From an uncultured Bacteroides sp. (GTDB lineage Bacteria; Bacillota; Clostridia; Oscillospirales; Acutalibacteraceae): 61,412 nucleotides of DNA. Position 1 is the stretch's first letter; every line of letters begins with the position of its first letter. The stretch covers positions 1 to 61,412 of the forward strand of contig CAYOPQ010000001.1 of the NCBI GenBank assembly GCA_964405895.1. The letters run 5' to 3'. A model generated the notes under the pieces. It had not been told where the DNA came from. It did no database searches and saw only the letters and a program-made list of their open reading frames with translations. Both the position numbers and the translations under genes were made by a program. Below are positions 1 to 8,300 of this stretch, piece after piece.

Positions 1-114
1 AAGAACACAAATAGCCGGCATGCGTTTACGGTATGGCGCAAGCTTCACAAAGCCTCGCACCCGATTCCTGCTGCTTTCAGTATGCGGTAGTATCTTTAAT
101 TGAAAGAGATCATA

Positions 115-158
115 TAAAAAACACCCTAAACGGGAAATTAAAATCTTCCGTTTAGGGT
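115..158 (-). terminator. Rho-independent terminator downstream of ppa
   Basis: Stem accctaaacggga / ttccgtttagggt with an A-run at about 115-121 (U-tract on the minus strand), just past the ppa stop. Confidence 0.7.
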
Positions 159-185
159 ATAACTATATATTTTGTTCTTACACGC

Positions 186-719
186 CTACATCTGAAATCT
201 TTTTACATATTCCTCAATACAGCTCTGTATGATTTCTTCTGCGGCTTCGTGGTTTTGGTATTCGGTTACATTTGTGCTTTTGTCGCCCTCAAGTATTTTA
301 TAGACCTCAAAAAAGTGCCTGATTTCGTCAAATCTGTGCTTGGGCAGTTCACTGATGTCCGTATAGCAGTTATAGTTGGGGTCGTTGACGGGAACGGCTA
401 TGATTTTTTCATCCTTACTGCCGCTGTCCTCCATAATAAGAACGCCGATAGGGGAACATTCCACGATTGTCATCGGCTGTATTTTTTCGCTGCACAGCAC
501 AAGAACATCCAGCGGGTCCTTGTCGCTGGCGTAGGTGCGCGGAATAAAGCCGTAGTTCGCGGGGTAATGCGTGGAGGTAAAAAGAACCCTGTCCAGCTTC
601 AGCAGCCCTGTTTCCTTGTCAAGCTCATATTTGTTTTTGCCGCCCTTTGATATTTCAATAACAGCGTAAAACCTGTTTTTCTTGATTCTTTTCGGGCTTA
701 TGTTGTGCCAAATATTCAT
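186..719 (-). CDS. ppa: Inorganic pyrophosphatase, family I
   Basis: KYELDKE, YPANYGFIPRT, DKDPLDVLV and DEKIIAV motifs; GAGGAGGA RBS upstream. Confidence 0.95.
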   Translation of the reverse strand: MNIWHNISPKRIKKNRFYAVIEISKGGKNKYELDKETGLLKLDRVLFTSTHYPANYGFIPRTYASDKDPLDVLVLCSEKIQPMTIVECSPIGVLIMEDSGSKDEKIIAVPVNDPNYNCYTDISELPKHRFDEIRHFFEVYKILEGDKSTNVTEYQNHEAAEEIIQSCIEEYVKRFQM

Positions 720-861
720 AATCAGTCCTCCTCAAAGAATTTAGGATTAACTTTCTGAATGTAAATCGTTTCTTCTATGTTTAATATTATACACAAAATT
801 GTTAATAATTTATGTCAAGCAGGTCTATTTCAGTATAAATATATTTTTTGCGCCTCATTTC

Positions 862-890
862 TTGACCGCGCTGTATATTTATTATAAAAT
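862..890 (+). promoter_or_regulatory. Sigma70-type promoter for the MIF-sirtuin-lipoprotein operon
   Basis: TTGACC-17 bp-TAAAAT. Confidence 0.5.
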
Positions 891-932
891 AAAGTATGCC
901 GTTTGGCAAATCTTTTTTTAAGGAGCAGCATT

Positions 933-1271
933 ATGCCTTATATTGATGTGAACACAAATAAAAAGATTTCTAAAGAAAATGAGCTCGCAATCAAAACACA
1001 GCTCGGCGCTGCGATTGAAAATCTCGGCAAATCGGAAGCTTGGCTTATGATCGGCTTCAATTCCGATAAGCCGATGTATTTTAAGGGCGAGGACGCGCCC
1101 TGCGCTTTTGTGGATATTTCCGTTTTCGGCGCGTCTACCGACGCGCAGTGCGAAAAAATGACGGCTGCCGTTTGCGGGATTATAGAAAAAGAGCTTAAAA
1201 TACCGCCTTCAAGAATCTATGTAAAATATTCCGGAACCGCACAGTGGGGCTGGAATAATATGAACTTTTAG
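933..1271 (+). CDS. MIF / phenylpyruvate tautomerase family protein
   Basis: AAGGAG RBS before ATG 933; starts M-P (N-terminal Pro), LGKSEAWLM, IPPSRIYVKY, WGWNNMNF end typical of MIF-like proteins. Confidence 0.85.
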   Translation: MPYIDVNTNKKISKENELAIKTQLGAAIENLGKSEAWLMIGFNSDKPMYFKGEDAPCAFVDISVFGASTDAQCEKMTAAVCGIIEKELKIPPSRIYVKYSGTAQWGWNNMNF

Positions 1272-1279
1272 GAGCGGAT

Positions 1280-1996
1280 ATGAATCTTCAGCAAATCATT
1301 GACGAAAGCAGTAATATCGTGTTTTTCGGCGGAGCGGGTGTGTCCACAGAAAGCGGAATCCCCGATTTTCGCTCTGTTGACGGTCTTTATAATCAAAAAT
1401 ACAAATACCCGCCCGAGGAAATACTTTCGGATTCTTTCTTTAATTCCCGCACAGAAGATTTTTATGATTTTTACCGTGATAAAATGCTGTGCACAAGCGC
1501 CGAGCCGAACGCCGCTCATTATAAGCTTGCGGAATTGGAAAGAGCAGGCAAGCTCAGCGCCGTCGTCACGCAAAACATTGACGGTCTGCATCAAAAAGCG
1601 GGCAGCAAGAAGGTTTATGAGCTGCACGGCACGATTTGGAAAAACCGCTGTAAAAATTGCGGAAAATCCTTTTCTGCCGAATATATAGGCGACTGCGGCG
1701 GCGTGCCGCTGTGCGATTCCTGCGGCGGTGTGATTGCGCCGGATGTAGTGCTCTATGGTCAAAGTCTTGATTTTCAGACCGTAAACGGCGCGGTTGCCGC
1801 AATTTCAAACGCGGATTGCCTGATTGTTGCGGGCACAAGCCTTGCCGTTTATCCTGCCGCGGGCTTTATAGACTATTTTAAGGGCAGGCATTTTGTGCTC
1901 ATTAATAAAACGCCCACGCCGGCGGATACAAAGGCGGAGCTTGTGATTCACGGCAGCGTCGGCAAGGTGCTGTCTGAAATAATTGTAAACGGGTGA
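1280..1996 (+). CDS. cobB: NAD-dependent protein deacylase (Sir2 family)
   Basis: GGAGVSTESGIPDFRS, TQNIDGLHQKAG, ELHG, two CxxC zinc pairs, GTSLAVYPAA. Confidence 0.95.
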   Translation: MNLQQIIDESSNIVFFGGAGVSTESGIPDFRSVDGLYNQKYKYPPEEILSDSFFNSRTEDFYDFYRDKMLCTSAEPNAAHYKLAELERAGKLSAVVTQNIDGLHQKAGSKKVYELHGTIWKNRCKNCGKSFSAEYIGDCGGVPLCDSCGGVIAPDVVLYGQSLDFQTVNGAVAAISNADCLIVAGTSLAVYPAAGFIDYFKGRHFVLINKTPTPADTKAELVIHGSVGKVLSEIIVNG

Positions 1997-2904
1997 TGGT
2001 GATGAAAAGATTTATTTCGGTGATCTGTGTTTTTTTGCTTACGGCTTGTCTGCTTAGCGGCTGCAGCGGAGATTCCGCCGCAAGCGCCGGATTTTCGCTC
2101 AGCTTTACATATGATTACCATTATGAAGACGCGCAGGAAGCTGTTTTGGAGGTTTACGAACAGCTTTGTCAGGCTGTAACGGACGGCGAAACGAGCGTTA
2201 CCGTGGATACGGATTATTATGATGATGCAAGCCGTATTTTTTATGTAAGCTTCCCGCTTTCACAGCTTGTCAGCAGTATAAGCCTGAATTCGGACGGCAG
2301 TCTGAAGATCTCATATACGCAAGCGACTTCTCAGCATCTTGCGCTTGTAGAGGAATTTACGGATGAAGTCTATTCCGTGCTTAAACAATGCGGCTATCCC
2401 GATGTAACGGGAAATGCGCTTTTGCTCAATATTTATACCTATGTTGCAAGCAATATCACGCTTGACCTGAATTATTCAACCGCGTATGATGCTTTTGTTC
2501 AGAACGCCGGCGCATCGTCCGCATTTGAAGCCATGTTCAGGTACCTCGTTCAGCAAGCCGGCTTTTCTGCCTCAAGAGTATACGGCGTTGCGTCTGACGG
2601 CACGCATTTTATGACCGAGGTTTTGGTTGACGGCGAATTGTATTATTTTGACCCGTGCGCGGAGAACTCATATTCGGACGGAGAAGGGCTTTCATATTTC
2701 GGGCTCGGAATAATCGGGCTTCAGAAAATGGGGCTCGGCTCGGATGTGTCCTATTCCGATGCTTCCTACATATCGTTTACCGAGGATTCGGGCAGATTCG
2801 ATTCGCTGTACAGAACGGTTTCCTACACCTATGATGACGGTGTTATTACAGCGGAAAAATCCGATGGTGAAATTGTAGAAATTGCACTAAGCAGTGCCGA
2901 ATAA
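1993..2904 (+). CDS. Lipoprotein with a transglutaminase-like domain (catalytic Cys apparently absent)
   Basis: Lipobox LLSGC; IYTYVASNI...STAYDAF...THFMTEV...YYFDP pattern; start codon may be 1993-2002. Confidence 0.7.
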   Translation: MMVMKRFISVICVFLLTACLLSGCSGDSAASAGFSLSFTYDYHYEDAQEAVLEVYEQLCQAVTDGETSVTVDTDYYDDASRIFYVSFPLSQLVSSISLNSDGSLKISYTQATSQHLALVEEFTDEVYSVLKQCGYPDVTGNALLLNIYTYVASNITLDLNYSTAYDAFVQNAGASSAFEAMFRYLVQQAGFSASRVYGVASDGTHFMTEVLVDGELYYFDPCAENSYSDGEGLSYFGLGIIGLQKMGLGSDVSYSDASYISFTEDSGRFDSLYRTVSYTYDDGVITAEKSDGEIVEIALSSAE

Positions 2905-2977
2905 CTACCCAGTGAGCGAAAATTCACTGTTAATATTGCACAAATATAAACGATTTATAAACTTGTAATAATTATTG

Positions 2978-3005
2978 TTGACTTTTCTGCCTTTGCGAAT
3001 ATAAT
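2978..3005 (+). promoter_or_regulatory. Sigma70-type promoter for the small ORF
   Basis: TTGACT-16 bp-TATAAT. Confidence 0.6.
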
Positions 3006-3055
3006 TTACTTGCAATGCAAAAGGCATTGTAATCTATATTTCGGAGGCTATGGAT

Positions 3056-3124
3056 ATGTTTAAACTTCTTATGAAATGTGCTAAAATTCTTGCAGCCGGT
3101 GAAATTGCATATTTTGAGAAATAA
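3056..3124 (+). CDS. Putative 22-aa small protein MFKLLMKCAKILAAGEIAYFEK
   Basis: GGAGG at 3043-3047, 8 nt before ATG 3056 (alternative in-frame ATG 3050); own promoter and terminator. Confidence 0.55.
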   Translation: MFKLLMKCAKILAAGEIAYFEK

Positions 3125-3147
3125 TTTACCGGCGCGGTTTTAAGCGC

Positions 3148-3175
3148 AAACCGGAGCGTTCTGCTCCGGTTTTTT
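3148..3175 (+). terminator. Rho-independent terminator after the sORF
   Basis: aaaccggagc-gttct-gctccggttt followed by a T-run. Confidence 0.8.
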
Positions 3176-3209
3176 ATATTTTAACGGTTCTTATTTCATA
3201 TTTTTATTA

Positions 3210-3238
3210 TTGCTTATTGCCGCCGAGTGTGTTAGAAT
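3210..3238 (+). promoter_or_regulatory. Probable promoter of the MFS transporter
   Basis: TTGCTT-17 bp-TAGAAT with extended -10 TG. Confidence 0.45.
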
Positions 3239-3286
3239 GCAATTAGTGCATATTCATTCGGCACAATCTGTTTGAGGGGTGATTAA

Positions 3287-5914
3287 ATGGCTGATTCTAA
3301 TGCCGGAATCAAGGAAAAAATCGGCGGCCTTGTTAATAATGTCCGTTATTATTGGAACGAGCCGCCCAAAGGCAGGTATATGAATTTCAAGGAAATCGTT
3401 TCATATGCCGGCGGCGGTATCGGTGCATATTTCATTATCATGTTCGGTACGCAGCTTTCTGTTTCTACTACGAACATGATTGTCGGCGGCGCTATCGGAA
3501 TAGGGCCCACGGATATGTATGTGCTTTACATCATTTCCACCTTGGCGGGAATACCGATGACCGGAATACGCGCCAATATGATTGACAATACACGCGGGCG
3601 CGGCGGTAAATACAGGCCTTATCTGATTTCCATCGGTATCCCTACCATCATATGCGCGCTTGCGTATGTCTATTTCCCGTATGACAGTCTTGAATCCGTC
3701 TTTTCGGGCAATCTTTTCGGCAGGGAATCATCCTATGTTGCCAAATGCGCAGTCGTTCTTGTCATGAACCTGCTGCTCAATTTTTTCTATAGCTTTTTCA
3801 ACGATGCTTATACAAATCTTATCCATGTTCTTTCTCCCAATACGCAGGAAAGATCGGATGTTTTATCCATAAAGGCCATCGTGTACTCGCTTGCGCCTTC
3901 CATTTCCAATATCGTTCTGCCGTTGGTTGCCCAGTATTTTGCTGATGATAATCTTTATGATATAAAGGTTTACCGCATTGCGTATCCGCTCTATGCGCTG
4001 GTTGGCATAATCGGCACCGTTATTGTTTACGCAAATACCCAGGAAAAGATCGTTCAGGCAAAAACGCACACGATCCAAATAGGCTTTTGGGACGCGCTGA
4101 AAGAGGTAGCAAAGAATAAATATTTCTGGATCATCTCTCTTGCCGGCTGGATCGGCTTCCTTGAGGGCGCTTACGGCAATATCCTTTCCTGGTCATATAC
4201 TTACGGGCATACCGCAACCGGTACGCAATATGCGCTGATTTCTACGATTACGGGCAATGCGTCACTATGGGGAATGCTGCTTGCGCCGTTTTGCATCAGA
4301 AAATGGGGCAAAAAGCGCGTGCTCATCGGCGTAAATACGGCTAATGTTATATGTATTTTAGCCATGGGGCTCAATGTGGACAGCATTTGGTGGATTGCCG
4401 TTTGCGTGTATTTCAACTGGCTTGTCGGCGCTTTCGAGCAGATTACCTCGCCGGCTATTCAGGCGGATATAAGGGACTATCAGCAGTATAAAACCGGAGA
4501 GCGTATAGACGGTATGTTCGCTGCGGTTACGACTATAGGCAATATTGTAACGCTCGTCACATCGCTTGTGCTTCCGGCTGTTCAGGAAATGTACGGCATA
4601 AAGGACGGCAACGGCTATGACAGCCCTTACGATATCCTGGATGTCAATACCGGTGAGCCCGGCTTGCTGCATAAAATGCTGATTGTTCTTGTTTTGATGT
4701 CAGCCGCCGGCGCGTTTCTTAATGTGGTGCCGTACCTCTTCTATGATTTTACAGAGAAAAAGCAGAAATCGGTTGTTCGCGTGCTTCAGGTTCGCTCGCT
4801 GTTTGAAGATTACGGCAATGACGCGCTTGATAACCGCCAAATCGTGGAAGCCATAGATATGGTTGAAAAGGCAAGAGATATGTCTGAGGCTTCGCCGAAA
4901 GAAGTAAGCAAAAGCGTATATCTTGATGTTAAAAGCACCTATAAGCAAAAGCTGAAAAGCGCCGAATATGTGGGCGCGCTGAACGAAATCAATGCTGAGT
5001 TTAAGGCAGCGCTGAGCCGTGCGGAAACAGCGGAGCAGCGTAAGGCGGTTAAAGAAAATTACCAGGCTAAAATCAAGGCTTATAAAGCCGAGGCTAAGTC
5101 TGAATACAAGACGCAGTACAAAGCGGCAAAAAAGGAATACAAGGACGCTGTTGCTTTCAATGAGGAAATTGATATATCCAAGTTTGTGTGCGATGAGCTG
5201 GATAAGTTTGATTCAGAGCTTTATAAGTATCAGGCAGATGTTTACACCGATATATTTGAAAACGGCATTGAAGCAATCGTTGATTATTCGTTTGAAGCAC
5301 TGAAAGCAGAGCTTGCGGCGGCTAAAGCTATGCCGAAGAATACTGCCGAGGAAAAGGAAATACGCAAATTCGCCGTTCAGCTTGCAAGAACAAAAATCTC
5401 TGCAAAGAAAGCCTTTGATAAGAATTACGGCTCGGTTAAGGAATTTATAGAGCCGGATATGGCTGCGCTTACCTCCGTATTCGATAAGGAAGACGAAACA
5501 GAGCAAAAAATATTTGAACTTGTTAAGCAAAGAACAGCCGCTAATAAGGCGGATGACAAGGAAGAGTTCACCAGGCTCAAAGCGGAAATCAAGGAGCTTA
5601 ATATTCAGCTTAAGCAGATCCGCGCAGAGGAAAAGAGGCTTATGGATGAATTTGCTAAATTTAACCGTGCCGCAAAGCCTTACATAGCTGCAAGGAAGCT
5701 TTTACAGCAAAAAGAAAATTACAGCCATTTTGAAGAGATCGCGGCGCTTTATGACGAGGCCAAGATAAACGCGGACGCCAAGGACCGCGAGGATGAAATG
5801 GTAGCGGCGCTCAAGCGTAAAGAGCATGCGGAGGAGCTTGCCGCAAGAAAAGCCGCCAAGGCGCAGAAAAAAGCCCAAAAGGCTGAAAAGAAAAAGCATA
5901 AAGACGATAATTAA
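3287..5914 (+). CDS. MFS transporter (GPH/MelB-like glycoside symporter) with a long C-terminal coiled-coil extension
   Basis: IDNTRGRGGKYRPYL, LSPNTQERS, ADIRDYQQYKTGERIDG motifs; many TM segments in the first ~490 aa; K/E/A-rich helical tail. Confidence 0.85.
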   Translation: MADSNAGIKEKIGGLVNNVRYYWNEPPKGRYMNFKEIVSYAGGGIGAYFIIMFGTQLSVSTTNMIVGGAIGIGPTDMYVLYIISTLAGIPMTGIRANMIDNTRGRGGKYRPYLISIGIPTIICALAYVYFPYDSLESVFSGNLFGRESSYVAKCAVVLVMNLLLNFFYSFFNDAYTNLIHVLSPNTQERSDVLSIKAIVYSLAPSISNIVLPLVAQYFADDNLYDIKVYRIAYPLYALVGIIGTVIVYANTQEKIVQAKTHTIQIGFWDALKEVAKNKYFWIISLAGWIGFLEGAYGNILSWSYTYGHTATGTQYALISTITGNASLWGMLLAPFCIRKWGKKRVLIGVNTANVICILAMGLNVDSIWWIAVCVYFNWLVGAFEQITSPAIQADIRDYQQYKTGERIDGMFAAVTTIGNIVTLVTSLVLPAVQEMYGIKDGNGYDSPYDILDVNTGEPGLLHKMLIVLVLMSAAGAFLNVVPYLFYDFTEKKQKSVVRVLQVRSLFEDYGNDALDNRQIVEAIDMVEKARDMSEASPKEVSKSVYLDVKSTYKQKLKSAEYVGALNEINAEFKAALSRAETAEQRKAVKENYQAKIKAYKAEAKSEYKTQYKAAKKEYKDAVAFNEEIDISKFVCDELDKFDSELYKYQADVYTDIFENGIEAIVDYSFEALKAELAAAKAMPKNTAEEKEIRKFAVQLARTKISAKKAFDKNYGSVKEFIEPDMAALTSVFDKEDETEQKIFELVKQRTAANKADDKEEFTRLKAEIKELNIQLKQIRAEEKRLMDEFAKFNRAAKPYIAARKLLQQKENYSHFEEIAALYDEAKINADAKDREDEMVAALKRKEHAEELAARKAAKAQKKAQKAEKKKHKDDN

Positions 5915-5924
5915 TTGATTGATG

Positions 5925-5950
5925 TCCGGCTTGCCCCGCAAGCCGGATTT
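5925..5950 (+). terminator. Probable terminator after the MFS gene
   Basis: tccggcttgc-ccc-gcaagccgga followed by a short T-run. Confidence 0.6.
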
Positions 5951-6018
5951 CCTATTTAATTAAACCATTCCCCATTTTGAGCATATGATGTAGTATGACT
6001 TGAAATGGGGTTTTATCT

Positions 6019-6231
6019 ATGGTTTATTATATAAAAATAGGCAGTATAACAAATGCGCAGCGCGCCAGAAGCGCGCTTCACGCAAGGTCTGTAAGAGGGC
6101 AGATAAAGCGGCTTGAAAATCCCGGCCCGGGAGACGGCTGCGGTTATGTTATTGAGGTTGATGACCCTGACGAGGCTGTTCGGATACTGAACAATACCGG
6201 GCTGCGTGTTTTGGGGGTAACAGAGATATGA
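6019..6231 (+). CDS. Small DUF3343-like protein (putative S/Se carrier-like)
   Basis: SITNAQRARSAL...GCGYVI pattern; ATGA overlap with the downstream desulfurase. Confidence 0.7.
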   Translation: MVYYIKIGSITNAQRARSALHARSVRGQIKRLENPGPGDGCGYVIEVDDPDEAVRILNNTGLRVLGVTEI

Positions 6232-7358
6232 TTTATTTGGATAACGGAGCAACCTCTTACCCAAAGCCCAGAGCGGTGCACCAAAGCGCTTTAAATGCTA
6301 TCTATAATTTGAGCTTTAATTCCGGCAGGGGAGGCTACGCGCAGTCCGTGAAAGCTGCGGAAAAAATTTATTCGGTGCGTGAAAAGGTTGCGCATATGTT
6401 CGGCTTTGAGCCGCAGAATATTGTTTTTACCAAAAACTGCACGGAGGCGCTGAACGCGGCAATCAAGGGTTCTGTGCCAAAAGGCGGTCATATCATCATC
6501 TCATCGCTTGAGCATAATGCGGTTTGGCGGGTCGTCAATAAACTGAAAAAAGACGGTATAGCGGATTTTGATATTGCCGATTATGATTATGACGACGATA
6601 CCTGCGTTTCAAATTTCGTTCGGCTTATCAGAAGCAATACGAGCCTTATTGTATGTATGTCCGCCTCCAATGTTTTCGGCGTTGCGTTTCCCATTGCAAA
6701 GCTCGGCGCTACCGCTAAAGAACACAATATACGGTTTATTGTGGACGGTGCGCAAACAGCCGGTCTTATGAAGCTTGATGCGCAAAAGGATCATTTTGAT
6801 ATTTTGTGCGCTCCGGGTCATAAAAGCCTTTATGCCCAGATGGGTACAGGATTTATGGCTGTAAAAGAGGGCGTCAGGCTTTCTACCTTTGAAGAGGGCG
6901 GAACGGGAAGCGAGTCTAAAAATCCCATGCAGCCTGAGTTTTTGCCGGACCGCTTTGAGGCGGGCACGCTTAACAACAGCGGCATAATCTCTTTGGGAGC
7001 GGGCATAGATTTTATCAACAGAAGGGGAATGGGCAATATTTATTCTCACGAGATGCGCTTGGCAAGGTTTTTGTATGACGGGCTTGACGGGAACAGCAAC
7101 GCGCGCCTTTATACGCCCAGACCGGAAAACGGCAGAGCCGCGCCGATAATCTCTTTTAACTATAAAGATTATTCAAGCGAAAAGGTTGCGGCTTATCTTG
7201 CTGAAAACAATATTGCCGTTCGGGCGGGGTACCACTGTTCACCGCTTGCCCATGATTTTTTCGGCACATCGGATACCGGCACGGTCAGATTGTGCCCGTC
7301 GTATTTTACAACGCAAAAGGATTGTGAAGTTTTTTTTAATTCTCTCAAAAAACTTTGA
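6228..7358 (+). CDS. Cysteine desulfurase (class V aminotransferase, SufS/CsdA-like)
   Basis: IYLDNGATSYPKP, EHNAV, DGAQTAG, PGHKSL (PLP Lys), RAGYHCSP (catalytic Cys). Confidence 0.92.
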   Translation: MIYLDNGATSYPKPRAVHQSALNAIYNLSFNSGRGGYAQSVKAAEKIYSVREKVAHMFGFEPQNIVFTKNCTEALNAAIKGSVPKGGHIIISSLEHNAVWRVVNKLKKDGIADFDIADYDYDDDTCVSNFVRLIRSNTSLIVCMSASNVFGVAFPIAKLGATAKEHNIRFIVDGAQTAGLMKLDAQKDHFDILCAPGHKSLYAQMGTGFMAVKEGVRLSTFEEGGTGSESKNPMQPEFLPDRFEAGTLNNSGIISLGAGIDFINRRGMGNIYSHEMRLARFLYDGLDGNSNARLYTPRPENGRAAPIISFNYKDYSSEKVAAYLAENNIAVRAGYHCSPLAHDFFGTSDTGTVRLCPSYFTTQKDCEVFFNSLKKL

Positions 7359-7430
7359 TTTGACCTTTATTATTATGAAAAAATATGATAAAATTATAAT
7401 GTAATTATTTGAGGAAACGGATGAATTCAA

Positions 7431-8300
7431 ATGCAGGAAAGTATTTCTGAGTTTTTCAACAGAATAATCAGCGTTTTTTCCACATTCAGCATTGCGGATT
7501 TTCTGGATATTGTTCTTGTTGCGCTAATGATTTATTTGTGTGTGCGTATCATCAGGGAAACAAGGGCAATGCAGCTTGTTAAGGGCATCGTTTTTGTTGC
7601 CGTGGTTTACCTTATTGTGAACCTTTTGGATATGGAAGCGTCTACCTATATTTTCGGCTTGATTTTCAATAATATCATTCTTATTATTTTTGTTTTGTTC
7701 TCTCCGGAAATCAGAAAAATTCTTGAGCAGGTCGGCAAGGGTACCGCAAGAAAGAATTTTAAAACGATCATCCACCCCGGTGTGGCTGTTGAGCTTGATG
7801 AGATACAAAACGCTATTGAAAGCACCATTAAGGCCTGCTCCAATATGAGCGACAGTAAAACGGGCGCCCTTATCGTTTTTGAAAACAATACGCTGCTGGG
7901 AAATGTTATTGACAGCGGCACAAAAATCAACGCCAAGGCTTCCCGTGAGCTTATAGAAAACATTTTTTATCCGAAAACGCCGCTCCATGACGGCGCAATG
8001 GTAATCAGAAACGGAAAAATAATCGCGGCAGGCTGTATTTTGCCGCTCACAAAGAAATCCCTTAAATCCAAATTCGGAACAAGGCACAGAGCCGCCGTCG
8101 GGCTTTCTGAAGAGAGCGACGCAATTGTTGTGGTTGTTTCAGAGGAAACGGGCGCCATTTCGGTTGCCCGCGGCGGGGTGCTTTCAAGCGATATTTCAGA
8201 CGGCGAGCTCAGAGATATACTTATGAGCACCTTTATCCCAAGCGGCTCTTCATCTGATGATAAAATTATTACTAAACTTGTAAGGAGGGTGAAAAAATAA
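7431..8300 (+). CDS. cdaA: Diadenylate cyclase CdaA (DacA)
   Basis: Three N-terminal TM helices; PLHDGA and GTRHRAA catalytic motifs; VVSEETG. Confidence 0.95.
   Translation: MQESISEFFNRIISVFSTFSIADFLDIVLVALMIYLCVRIIRETRAMQLVKGIVFVAVVYLIVNLLDMEASTYIFGLIFNNIILIIFVLFSPEIRKILEQVGKGTARKNFKTIIHPGVAVELDEIQNAIESTIKACSNMSDSKTGALIVFENNTLLGNVIDSGTKINAKASRELIENIFYPKTPLHDGAMVIRNGKIIAAGCILPLTKKSLKSKFGTRHRAAVGLSEESDAIVVVVSEETGAISVARGGVLSSDISDGELRDILMSTFIPSGSSSDDKIITKLVRRVKK

Noticed and set aside
1-113. Possible partial ORF or RNA at the window edge
   Set aside because: Short open frames exist on both strands but have no recognisable motif; too little context.
1280-1996. Sir2 as an anti-phage effector (Thoeris/DSR-like)
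   Set aside because: It is a canonical zinc-binding CobB-type deacylase with no defence partner genes.
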